From positions 1-64,000 of the IMG/VR virus record IMGVR_UViG_3300031853_000010: 64,000 nucleotides of DNA; one strand, given 5' to 3'. The notes under the pieces were generated by a model, which was given only the letters and a program-made list of their open reading frames with translations, made no database searches and was not told where the DNA came from. Each line of letters starts with the position of its first letter. Position 1 is the stretch's first letter. Position numbers and translations under genes: made by a program. Shown here piece after piece: positions 9,766-18,347 of the stretch. The DNA comes from a virus (taxonomy: Duplodnaviria; Caudoviricetes).

Positions 9766-10347
9766 TTATTCAGTTGAAGCATTAACCTGTCGACTTTTTA
9801 TATATTCCTTTTCCATTATTATTTCATATTCCTTGTTGGTATAAATCTTAAATTCATACCAGTTAAGGTCAGTATCAAGAACTTCAAAAATAACTGTATC
9901 ACAAAGTTCTCTATTCTGTGGCGCTCCATTACGACGAAGAGTTCCCACTTCTACGCCGCCATAGTCTTTAATAATGCGGCGATAAAGTTTCAAAGCCTCT
10001 TTATTATCCGCATAGCATCGCCACTCAGCACTTTGAACACCAAACTTCTCAAACATATCCTTGAACATTTGGATGGCATCTCTCATGAAAAGGATGTTTC
10101 TTTTCTCGAAGGAGATAAGTCCGAAGTTCATGGCGCGCTTTGAAGGTTCATAAACCCAATATGAGAAAAAGCCGAGAACCTTTCCTTTTGAATCAACCGA
10201 GACAAACTGATATTGATTGTCTGGCTTATCGGGAATATCTGGCAGACCTGGGGTTGTATCGTAGTAATACATATACTCAGGGTCAAACCAAGTGTTTGCC
10301 ATTTCTTTATAGAGTTCGTCTTTATAAAGTATTGCGGGTTTAATCAT
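9766..10347 (-). CDS. GNAT-like acetyltransferase fold protein
   Basis: DNKEALKLY...GGVEVGTLR resembles GNAT motif B (RimJ/L-like). Confidence 0.55.
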   Translation of the reverse strand: MIKPAILYKDELYKEMANTWFDPEYMYYYDTTPGLPDIPDKPDNQYQFVSVDSKGKVLGFFSYWVYEPSKRAMNFGLISFEKRNILFMRDAIQMFKDMFEKFGVQSAEWRCYADNKEALKLYRRIIKDYGGVEVGTLRRNGAPQNRELCDTVIFEVLDTDLNWYEFKIYTNKEYEIIMEKEYIKSRQVNASTE

Positions 10348-10597
10348 TGTCCTTCCTCCTTGTCATGTCATACAAAACATTCCACTTTAAAATAGTATCT
10401 TCAACCCAATATCCGATATTGTTATTTATAATTTGCACAAAGTATCCGCACTCTTTACAAGTTAATCTACCGATTCTTACATAGTTATCTATACATATAG
10501 GGTCTGTTTTATCTCTGTAAGGCTTTTGTGAATACATTACTTTATTCTTATTTTTACATCCGCATCTTGGACATGGCGCAAGAAAATCAGATATCAT
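10340..10597 (-). CDS. small Zn-ribbon protein (Lar-like)
   Basis: LAPCPRCG...CKECG...KWN pattern. Confidence 0.5.
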   Translation of the reverse strand: MISDFLAPCPRCGCKNKNKVMYSQKPYRDKTDPICIDNYVRIGRLTCKECGYFVQIINNNIGYWVEDTILKWNVLYDMTRRKDND

Positions 10598-10824
10598 GGC
10601 TCCTCCTTAATTCTTATAGGTAATACCTGTCCACAAGCACATATGCCCTGTTTATACAATCCGCCTCTTGGTGCGATGCCAACCTGATATGAAAGCCAAT
10701 GCTTAGGAACCTTATACTTACCACTGTTATCCTCTGCATTCTGACGCTCAAGATGTAATACAAACAGGTCATTGATTTTATCAATCTCATCATCAGTAAA
10801 ACAAAAAGTTTTATTAATATTCAT
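10594..10824 (-). CDS. hypothetical protein
   Basis: ORF from MNINKTF. Confidence 0.45.
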   Translation of the reverse strand: MNINKTFCFTDDEIDKINDLFVLHLERQNAEDNSGKYKVPKHWLSYQVGIAPRGGLYKQGICACGQVLPIRIKEEP

Positions 10825-11533
10825 TTTCTTCTCCCTTCTCAACATATACGCCTTTTCCACCGCGACGTATAAGATGCTTCTCCCACTGATGCTTGCACTT
10901 ATAGCTGGACTTCCAGCTACGGTCAGTGTGGCGATAACGGTCATCCCAAAGATTATATGATGAAACTCTAACTTTGGGACGAAGAAAATCACCATTCTTA
11001 GCAAGCTGTGAGATGTGTGCTTTAGAAGTATAGGAATGATATACACTGCCAGTGTTAGGAACTGTGCCACAGCGGAAGTGGAAATCTTCATAAGGCTTAG
11101 CGTATTTATAACGTTTAAGTCTCACACCAACATCTTCTGCATTTCCATCGAAGCGCCAATTCTTAGCGTGGTCAGAAAAGAGCCAGTTCTGTCTTTCAGT
11201 CCAAGCCTTTTTGATTTCTTTCTCATAAGGACGAACATCGACTACGCCGCCGTCCTTATTGAGAAACATATATCTCTTTTCTCTGTAAAAAGACTCTCCA
11301 TGCCAATCGCAAACACATTCGATATCGCCACCAGAAAAATCAATATCGGCAAAAGGATTGAACTCACGAAACCTATGCCAAATAACACTCTGACGGTTAT
11401 AATTAACAATTCTGGCGGCGGCACGAATAAGGGCATCGAAGCCTGTGATTTCATTGACTTCAACCTTATCTCCCTTAGAGCCTGCTCTACGGTCAACCAG
11501 ATAGAAAACTTCATCTTTCTTTACAGTGTGCAT
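10814..11533 (-). CDS. hypothetical protein
   Basis: ORF from MHTVKK, AAGGAG RBS, promoter at 11562-11590. Confidence 0.65.
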   Translation of the reverse strand: MHTVKKDEVFYLVDRRAGSKGDKVEVNEITGFDALIRAAARIVNYNRQSVIWHRFREFNPFADIDFSGGDIECVCDWHGESFYREKRYMFLNKDGGVVDVRPYEKEIKKAWTERQNWLFSDHAKNWRFDGNAEDVGVRLKRYKYAKPYEDFHFRCGTVPNTGSVYHSYTSKAHISQLAKNGDFLRPKVRVSSYNLWDDRYRHTDRSWKSSYKCKHQWEKHLIRRGGKGVYVEKGEENEY

Positions 11534-11603
11534 ACCATTCTCCTTTCTTAATTCTATATATATTATAACATAAAAAATTATAAAAGTCAAATTTATTGGA
11601 TAA

Positions 11604-11631
11604 AAAAATAAGGGAGTTTATTCAACTCCCT
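11604..11631 (-). terminator. intrinsic terminator
   Basis: AGGGAGTT-GAATA-AACTCCCT followed by TATTTTTTT. Confidence 0.75.
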
Positions 11632-11818
11632 TAATCTTCATCGTCATAATAATTATCACGCTTATGCTTTGAACGACGACGGTCGGAGTCCTTCTTACGG
11701 CGCTCCTTTTCTTTTCGAGAAGCGTCGTCAATCTCAAAGTTATAATTGTTTTTTCTTTTATCATGCCCCCAGTTCTTCTGTGTAGGGTAGTCTTTCTGTG
11801 CCAAAATAAACCCTCCGA

Positions 11819-12211
11819 TTAGAACTTGAGCAAACTATCAATGATATCGTTTAAATTTGTGTCTGCCTTATTTGTAGTGGTTCTGGTTGAGCCGCTGGTA
11901 TCTGAAAATGACAGTGAAGTTGTGCAGACACTTCTCTTGTAATCATTAGGATACTTGAGATAAAAACCATCACTGATTGAATTGTATGAATTAACAAGAG
12001 CCTTCAGCTGAGCATAGGTCTTATTAATTTCAAAACGAGTTTCGTTAAGAGACTTCTCAATCTTTGCACGTTCTGCCGCCCTCTGCTTTTCCAGTTCTCT
12101 CTTCTGTTCAGCCAGCTTAGCTACTGACTTACAATCGTTGAAGCACTTATCAACATCAGCGATAGTATACCAAATCTTACCACAAATAGGACACTTATAT
12201 GTATTACCCAT
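11819..12211 (-). CDS. Zn-finger plus coiled-coil protein
   Basis: YKCPICGK N-terminus followed by a charged helix. Confidence 0.65.
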   Translation of the reverse strand: MGNTYKCPICGKIWYTIADVDKCFNDCKSVAKLAEQKRELEKQRAAERAKIEKSLNETRFEINKTYAQLKALVNSYNSISDGFYLKYPNDYKRSVCTTSLSFSDTSGSTRTTTNKADTNLNDIIDSLLKF

Positions 12212-12340
12212 AATAAAAACACTCCTTTATATCTGCTGATTACTCAGCTAAAATTCATAATTATAATTGCCAGATAATCTGGGAGCATAGGCATGTTTGC
12301 ACACGCCTATGTCCACCAAATACCAAATCTTTTCATAGTC

Positions 12341-13825
12341 TTATCTCCACTGGAACTGAGGCTTTGAAAGAATTTCACGCATTGCAGTCATTGCGTCGTA
12401 AGTAATAAGAGTTGTAAGCTCCTTGAAAGTAGCAGCAGAACTACCACTTACATAAGCTATTCCTCCATTATCACCCTTGCCTACATAGTGGTCGCCACGT
12501 GAAGCAACGTTCCACATGATAAGCTTTGGAGCCTTAAGACCAATTGACGCATACTTACGCTGCCACTTCTCAACAATATCCTCGTAAGAAGAACCGTCTC
12601 TGCGAAGTCTTGAAGCGTATGAATCAATCTCACCGTCTGAAATTACAATGAGAGCTTCAGGTGCGTCATGCTCTCTTGAAGCGATATCGTAGATACGCTC
12701 GAAAGCAAGGTCAAGATTTGTGTTGGAACCTTCGTAGCGCATAACTTCCTTAACTCTTGAAGCAATAGAAACATTTGGGTTCAACTTGTAAAGAGAAGGC
12801 TTATTAGTGAATGTCATAAGCAGGTCCTTGTAAGCACCAGTGTTATGCTCAGCAAAATAAATACCAAGAGATACCGAAGTAGCCATAGGTAAATAATTTG
12901 GAGAAGTCATAGAACCAGATACGTCAGCAAGAACGATGACATTGTGGTTTCCTGAGACGTAGTTAGGAAGTGCCTTCCACTGCTCTTCAAGAACCTTGTC
13001 AAGACTTACGTCCTGTCCCCAAATGCGAGCCTGTCTTATATAAGGCATAATAAGTTCGTATGGATATGAAACTGAAGAATTAATCTTAGCGACGCCGCCA
13101 GAGACAGCGTTAATATAAGCATTAAATCTTTCAAAGTCCTGTCTTCCAAAAGCTGAGCGATAACGTGTCATCGCTACAGATGGAACCGACTGGTAGTCAA
13201 TTGAACCGAAGTCCTGAGCAGACATCTTCTTTTCAACAATATCAAGATACTTTCTTAAAGCAGAAAGTGTCTTACGATACTTACGCTCAGTTAAACCGAA
13301 ATAAGTATAAAACTTGCGAGCAAGCTTACGTGTTTCTGCTGAGGAAGTGTTGCATGAAGGCATCCACTTAGCCAAAAGAGAAATGTTCTTCTTTGAAGCC
13401 ATGTCGACGATATCCTTGCTGAACTGCTCCTTAATATAGTCAAGAACTGCTCCTTCAATTCGTGTGCCGATAAAGATGAACAAGTCATCCCAACGACCTG
13501 CTGATACGATTGTATCAAAGTTTCTTATAACCTTCTGAGGGTCAAGTGCGGCAAGCTCTCTGTAAAGAATCTTAGCAATACGTCTCTCACCAATACCGCC
13601 ATCACGGATGTTGCGGACATAAAGAATAAGATTATCTGCAAGATGAGAGTCTTCATTACGAGCATCACGATAAAGACGAACGATTTCGTTCTCTGATGCA
13701 TTACGAAGTCCACCTACTCTTGCGAACAGGTTTAACATAGATGAACCAGTTGTAGAATGAACTCTTGCGCCATTCTCAGTTCTTGCCATGTTTGAATTTG
13801 ATGAAAATCCATTTACAAAACTCAT
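12341..13825 (-). CDS. DUF2828-type TROVE/Ro60-like protein with C-terminal vWA domain
   Basis: N-terminal TENGA, RDGGIGER, GRWDDL, LLAKWMPS, VPSVAM; vWA MIDAS DVSGSM and ISDGE; WNV. Confidence 0.85.
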   Translation of the reverse strand: MSFVNGFSSNSNMARTENGARVHSTTGSSMLNLFARVGGLRNASENEIVRLYRDARNEDSHLADNLILYVRNIRDGGIGERRIAKILYRELAALDPQKVIRNFDTIVSAGRWDDLFIFIGTRIEGAVLDYIKEQFSKDIVDMASKKNISLLAKWMPSCNTSSAETRKLARKFYTYFGLTERKYRKTLSALRKYLDIVEKKMSAQDFGSIDYQSVPSVAMTRYRSAFGRQDFERFNAYINAVSGGVAKINSSVSYPYELIMPYIRQARIWGQDVSLDKVLEEQWKALPNYVSGNHNVIVLADVSGSMTSPNYLPMATSVSLGIYFAEHNTGAYKDLLMTFTNKPSLYKLNPNVSIASRVKEVMRYEGSNTNLDLAFERIYDIASREHDAPEALIVISDGEIDSYASRLRRDGSSYEDIVEKWQRKYASIGLKAPKLIMWNVASRGDHYVGKGDNGGIAYVSGSSAATFKELTTLITYDAMTAMREILSKPQFQWR

Positions 13826-13848
13826 ATGTTTTCCTCCTTAAAATTAAA

Positions 13849-13882
13849 ACAAGATTCATTTTTATTATTGCTGTAAGAATCT
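13849..13882 (-). ncRNA. ACAGCAA motif copy A (short, next to RBS of TROVE-like gene)
   Basis: AGATTC-TTACAGCAAT-AATAAAAAT-GAATCT-TGT. Confidence 0.65.
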
Positions 13883-13952
13883 ACACGCCACGAGTTATAT
13901 ATCAAATAACAACATTCAATGGAGATATGGTTATGGATTGCTGTGCGTGGCA
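13883..13952 (-). ncRNA. ACAGCAA motif copy B with anticodon-like stem-loop (GAU)
   Basis: TGCCAC-GCACAGCAAT...GTTAT-TTGATAT-ATAAC...GTGGCG-TGT. Confidence 0.65.
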
Positions 13953-13955
13953 TAA

Positions 13956-14032
13956 TGGTGCTCCAAGTGGGATTCGAACCCACACTGTATCGGGTTTGAG
14001 CCGACTTCCTCTGCCAGTTGGGATATTGGAGC
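13956..14032 (-). tRNA. tRNA-Leu(CAA), short variable loop, encoded CCA
   Basis: GCTCCAA/TTGGAGC acceptor, GTCGG-CTCAAAC-CCGAT anticodon arm, GTGGG-TTCGAAT-CCCAC T arm. Confidence 0.9.
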
Positions 14033-14154
14033 ATGAATCGGACCTTTTGTGTACGAAGTGTATCCAAACTCCGCCGCCATACCGCATTTGCAATTTATAT
14101 TCCTTGGCGCCTAAATTGTTTCTGCCATAGGGCTGGAATGTCTTTTTAGGACAG

Positions 14155-14235
14155 ACCTACCGTGGTACGCTTGCCTGACTACTCGGACAGGTTGTCGACC
14201 ACCTTCACTTTCGTTCTGGTAGAGGCGTGGTAGGT
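14155..14235 (-). ncRNA. candidate structured ncRNA
   Basis: Closing stem ACCTACC/GGTAGGT with inner ACGC/GCGT, AC-GAAA-GT and CCTG/CAGG helices; GC-rich island between the tRNAs. Confidence 0.4.
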
Positions 14236-14255
14236 ACATAAATAAATAAATAAAT

Positions 14256-14340
14256 ACAAGACGCAAATATAAATTTAAAATAGCGTTTTAACCCAAATAA
14301 AACATTTTTCATTTTATAAAATGGATTGCTGTGTGCGTCT
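14256..14340 (-). ncRNA. ACAGCAA motif copy C with anticodon-like stem-loop (UGG)
   Basis: AGACGC-ACACAGCAAT...GTTTTA-TTTGGGT-TAAAAC...GCGTCT-TGT. Confidence 0.65.
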
Positions 14341-14345
14341 TTAAT

Positions 14346-14420
14346 TGGTGTGGGATAAGGGAGTTGAACCCTCGACCTGCGGGTGGAAGCCGCATATTTT
14401 TACCGCTAAACTAATCCCAC
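14346..14420 (-). tRNA. tRNA-Gly(TCC), atypical identity elements, encoded CCA
   Basis: GTGGGAT/ATCCCAC acceptor, TGCGG-CTTCCAC-CCGCA anticodon arm, GAGGG-TTCAACT-CCCTT T arm. Confidence 0.85.
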
Positions 14421-14462
14421 ATTTAAGTGATAAATTTCTTTATCACTTTTGATTATGTATAT

Positions 14463-14491
14463 AATATATCACATTTTTTCTAAAAAGTCAA
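14463..14491 (-). promoter_or_regulatory. promoter for the tRNA/ncRNA/TROVE-like unit
   Basis: TTGACT-17-TATATT with extended TG. Confidence 0.7.
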
Positions 14492-14683
14492 ATTTTTAAA
14501 AGATAAAAATTTTCATAAGAAAAACAAGTAAAATGCCGAAATACATTCCCGCTCCAAAAGCATGAACAACACAACTATTTATGTTATTTCGTTCATATGC
14601 TGAGAAACTGTCATAAATATTCCATACTATTAAAAGAATACCAGTAGAAATAATGGTTATTACTCTTAACATTTTTACTCCTT

Positions 14684-15595
14684 TCAGTGAGCGTTAGCGT
14701 CTGCTTCATGAACCAGCTTGAATATCTTTGTCATTTCGCCGCCATACAATGCTTCAAACTTTTCAAGACAACTATCCCCATACTCATAAAATGACATATG
14801 CCACTGAGTAAGGATAATCATAGACTTCAATCTGTTCAGCTGCTTTTCTGAGCGAAACTGATTTGCAGTGCAAGCCATCATGTATGCGCCGATTTCAGCA
14901 TGATTGTAATAATGAGACTTATCATCCATTTCGCCATTCATCTTCATCCGACTTTTTACAACAGGCTTGCCAATATCATGAAACAATGCCGCATTACGTG
15001 CGATACAAGCAGACTCTTTGTCGAGGTCTTCCGCATGACTTGAAGCATAGATAGATGCCTCTAACATATGATGAAAGATATCAGCACTATGATGAGGGTT
15101 ATCATGGTCTATGCCGACGGCGGCGTAAAGGTAATCTCCAAGAGTTTTGGAGTTCTTAGGATGTGCCTGAAACACTATCTGGTCCCAACCTTCATCACGA
15201 CGAGGAAGTGCCATAGTCTTATACATACGCATGATGACCTCTTCGGGAACATGGCGCTCACGTGCGGCGTTCTGAGCAAGAATTATTTCCAACTCAGTTG
15301 CGGCAACAATAGCAACCTTCTTAACATCAGCAGGGATTTCCTTTAAGAAACCAACTCGTCTTTTACGACTAAGATTTGTTGCATCATATACACATGACTT
15401 TCCCTCAAGGAGATAATTACGGATACGCTTATGCACCTCATTAAATACCTCATTGTTATGAGACTGGTCATCCTCGGAGCCATACAGCTCTGCACGAATA
15501 GCGTCTGAAGAAACAACAGGCACATTAAGAGTTTTAGCAATGTAAGATTTTCCAGAGGCGGGTATGCCGACCATCATATAAAGAATAGTTTCCAT
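14684..15595 (-). CDS. polynucleotide kinase (AAA_33) - HD phosphohydrolase fusion
   Basis: GIPASGKS, DATNL, RxR; HD domain HH...FHDIGK...H...AD. Confidence 0.85.
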   Translation of the reverse strand: METILYMMVGIPASGKSYIAKTLNVPVVSSDAIRAELYGSEDDQSHNNEVFNEVHKRIRNYLLEGKSCVYDATNLSRKRRVGFLKEIPADVKKVAIVAATELEIILAQNAARERHVPEEVIMRMYKTMALPRRDEGWDQIVFQAHPKNSKTLGDYLYAAVGIDHDNPHHSADIFHHMLEASIYASSHAEDLDKESACIARNAALFHDIGKPVVKSRMKMNGEMDDKSHYYNHAEIGAYMMACTANQFRSEKQLNRLKSMIILTQWHMSFYEYGDSCLEKFEALYGGEMTKIFKLVHEADANAH

Positions 15596-15669
15596 AAATT
15601 ATATCTCCTTTCGTTTTTCTATAAATAGTATATCATAAAAAAGTAGAAAAGTCAAATTTTTTAGATTAA

Positions 15670-16845
15670 TTATTTCTTATAAGGTGTAAATGTTCGCTCG
15701 TTATTAGAAGTAAAAATAGATATGTCATTTTTATTTTTAAAAACATCTATAAGAGGCTCACTGATATACTCGTTAGTATGTGTGATAACAAGATTTATCT
15801 TGCAGTTAATCGAAGCGAGATGCAGGTTATAATCTGCCATAATACGAGAATACATGAAGAAAGCATCTTCCATCTCTATTATACCATAACGCAGAACACC
15901 CTGCCAAGGGTTAGGATGGTTTGTGAAATCCTCCATAAAAGGATTAATAGATTCTTTCAGACATTCGCCAGATTTACCCATCTTACCCACTCCATGCCGT
16001 GTAAAGTATGAACGAGTAATGTAGTATGCATTAACATCTATTTCATCAGGCTCGAAATTTCTTCTGATAATAAGAGAAGGAAATTTTGCATCAACGTTAG
16101 CGGGAGTAGTATGGTCTATATCATAATTATATGATGGGTCAAGAAGTAGTCCCTGGCTATTTTCAAATATGATATGCTTAAATGAATGAAGAAATTTCTT
16201 TTCGCTGCATGGAAGAATAGGCTGTGCGTTCTTTAAAAAGAAGAAAACATCATTTTCTACATTCTGTCTGGTATACTTTCCCTGTATAAACTCTTTCATT
16301 ACATCAAAAGTAGGCAGTCTATTATCCATGTAATAAGTAATAATATCAGTCAAAGTAGAGTTTATGAAATTTTCTGGAAATTTAAGTGTCAAATCAGAGT
16401 AATTACATTTGACAATTTCTTGGAAATATTTCTTACGAACAATAGTTTCCCACACTCCGCAGCCGCAAGAACCATGACGTTTTTCGCCGCGAGCTGTTTC
16501 GATAATCTGATTTGACAACATATCATAAGGAGTTGCTACAAGACAATTTGGATGGTAATAAATCTTTGGATATACTCCCATCTTCCAAAGTTCCATTAAC
16601 TCCTGTCTAAATAGAGTAGGGTTGATTATAAACTTCTCGCTCAGATAAGTGGTGGCACCTTTAAGAGTACCACTACCAAAATGGCGGAACACATGACGTT
16701 TGCCATTGTGAACTACCGTATGACCTCTCTGACAAGAGTTTGAAGATAAAACAACAAGAGAATCATGAGTTGCAAGAGCATTGGTAGTTAAACCTTTGCC
16801 CTCATCTCCCCAGTTAGCTCCTATTACAATGTCAATTTTAGTCAT
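15670..16845 (-). CDS. divergent adenylosuccinate synthetase-like protein
   Basis: GANWGDEGKG, GHT, HGSCGCG, FENSQGLLLD, TRHGxG. Confidence 0.8.
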   Translation of the reverse strand: MTKIDIVIGANWGDEGKGLTTNALATHDSLVVLSSNSCQRGHTVVHNGKRHVFRHFGSGTLKGATTYLSEKFIINPTLFRQELMELWKMGVYPKIYYHPNCLVATPYDMLSNQIIETARGEKRHGSCGCGVWETIVRKKYFQEIVKCNYSDLTLKFPENFINSTLTDIITYYMDNRLPTFDVMKEFIQGKYTRQNVENDVFFFLKNAQPILPCSEKKFLHSFKHIIFENSQGLLLDPSYNYDIDHTTPANVDAKFPSLIIRRNFEPDEIDVNAYYITRSYFTRHGVGKMGKSGECLKESINPFMEDFTNHPNPWQGVLRYGIIEMEDAFFMYSRIMADYNLHLASINCKINLVITHTNEYISEPLIDVFKNKNDISIFTSNNERTFTPYKK

Positions 16846-16860
16846 GTATTTTCCTCCTAT

Positions 16861-17739
16861 TTACCAAGAAATACCCTGTGTGAATTCGATAGAAGAAACC
16901 TCTGGTCCTTCTTCAGCTGAAACTGTCGTTCTATCGCCAGTGCGTGAACTAATAATACCAGAAATAACCTGCGGAACCTCTTTTACTGTTGCAGTAATAA
17001 CATGGTCTGCTCCGAGCTGATTATTCCACTCAGTCATACGAGGCTTATGATAATCCCTGTGGTCAACATTGATATGATAAATATCATACTTTTTTGAAGC
17101 CTTTTCATATAAATCAGCAGTATTCAAATCAAGCTCATTATGATTTGTCTTCACTCTATATGCTTCTGCGGGAATGTAAGGGTTGAGCTGTTCATCGCCC
17201 ATTGTGATAATTATACCCTTCTTACCACGCTTCCAACAGTCAAGGTCGCACTGAGAAATACCAAAAGCCCATGCCGCCGTATATGACTCATATGGATTGG
17301 CGCCGCCGCCAAATTCAAAATAAACCTTATCAAGCTGTTCAGCTATTCTGATGTCAGATTCAAACTGAGATACCTGAAGCGGCGCATCATCGTAGGCGAA
17401 ATCGCCAATGCCCATTATCATAAACTGAACGTCTTTGGTTGTTTTATAGATTTCTGTCATAATAGTATTGATTTCCGCAGATACCTCTACCGCAGTCTTA
17501 CCCATAGAACCCGTCACGTCAAGAGCGAGTATAACAGGAACTGTCTCAGGATGCTCTTCAGTGTCTCTACATTCTCTCATTACATTAAAAGGATTAAGCT
17601 CAGAAGCCATTGACTTCTGAGTATAAACCTGTGATGTGGACATTGCCTTACAAAGTCTTACACCATCATCTGTGGTGCTAAGACCCCTTGACATTGAATA
17701 GTTTTTAAAATCGTCAGTTGTCCAACTTCCACAACCCAT
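16861..17739 (-). CDS. vWA domain protein
   Basis: MGCGSW N-terminus, DVTGSM MIDAS, QFESD, GGG..ESY, GDE. Confidence 0.85.
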   Translation of the reverse strand: MGCGSWTTDDFKNYSMSRGLSTTDDGVRLCKAMSTSQVYTQKSMASELNPFNVMRECRDTEEHPETVPVILALDVTGSMGKTAVEVSAEINTIMTEIYKTTKDVQFMIMGIGDFAYDDAPLQVSQFESDIRIAEQLDKVYFEFGGGANPYESYTAAWAFGISQCDLDCWKRGKKGIIITMGDEQLNPYIPAEAYRVKTNHNELDLNTADLYEKASKKYDIYHINVDHRDYHKPRMTEWNNQLGADHVITATVKEVPQVISGIISSRTGDRTTVSAEEGPEVSSIEFTQGISW

Positions 17740-17741
17740 AA

Positions 17742-18347
17742 TTAGTCCTCCTTGTCAACAGACTTTTCAACAGTAGGAGCAGTAATATTTCCAAACATAG
17801 AGTTGAAAATATTACTCATTCCGCCGCCGTTCATCATCATCATCATAAGCATAGGGTTCATGTCGCCATCGCTGCCACTCATACCCTTACACATCTGGCT
17901 CATCATCATATACTTCATGACATTGTTAGCACCGTCACCACCTATAAGAGCAGAAACATCGCCAAACATAGATACGATTTTGCCATACATGTAGGTATTG
18001 CCCATGAACATATAACGCTCAGGAAGGATAGTCTCTACTGCACCATTGATGTAGTTTACAACAGTGAGCATATTGCCGTCAGCCTTAATTACATACTTAG
18101 GCACTCTTCTACCGCCACCATCCTCGACAAGGATAATATCGCCGACCTTTGCTTCATTCGTAGGAACAACGAAGAAAGCCTCATCGCCAACATCAAATAC
18201 GAAATTATCGCAATTGATAAGAGCATTATCCTTTGCATTATAGGTCTTATAAGAACCGCCTACCTTTACAGCAATACTGCCATCAGCAGAAAGTCTGCAA
18301 AGACCTCTTTCGATAGAACCAAACATATTCTTCATAAAATTAGCCAT
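17742..18347 (-). CDS. hypothetical protein with Met/Gly-rich C-terminus (first gene of the vWA-PurA cassette)
   Basis: MANFMK start with AGGAGG RBS inside track ORF 17742..18551. Confidence 0.7.
   Translation of the reverse strand: MANFMKNMFGSIERGLCRLSADGSIAVKVGGSYKTYNAKDNALINCDNFVFDVGDEAFFVVPTNEAKVGDIILVEDGGGRRVPKYVIKADGNMLTVVNYINGAVETILPERYMFMGNTYMYGKIVSMFGDVSALIGGDGANNVMKYMMMSQMCKGMSGSDGDMNPMLMMMMMNGGGMSNIFNSMFGNITAPTVEKSVDKED

Noticed and set aside
13849-14340. CRISPR array or theta (HDV-like) ribozymes
   Set aside because: The repeats are not identical and are unevenly spaced. There is no HDV nested-pseudoknot core, and both tRNAs already encode CCA.
13956-14420. Amber suppressor tRNA
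   Set aside because: The anticodons read CAA and TCC, not CTA.
15670-16845. PurZ / 2-aminoadenine genome
   Set aside because: The catalytic Asp is retained (GDEGKG, not GSxGKG), and no clear DatZ/MazZ partner is visible; the nearby HD domain is fused to a PNK.
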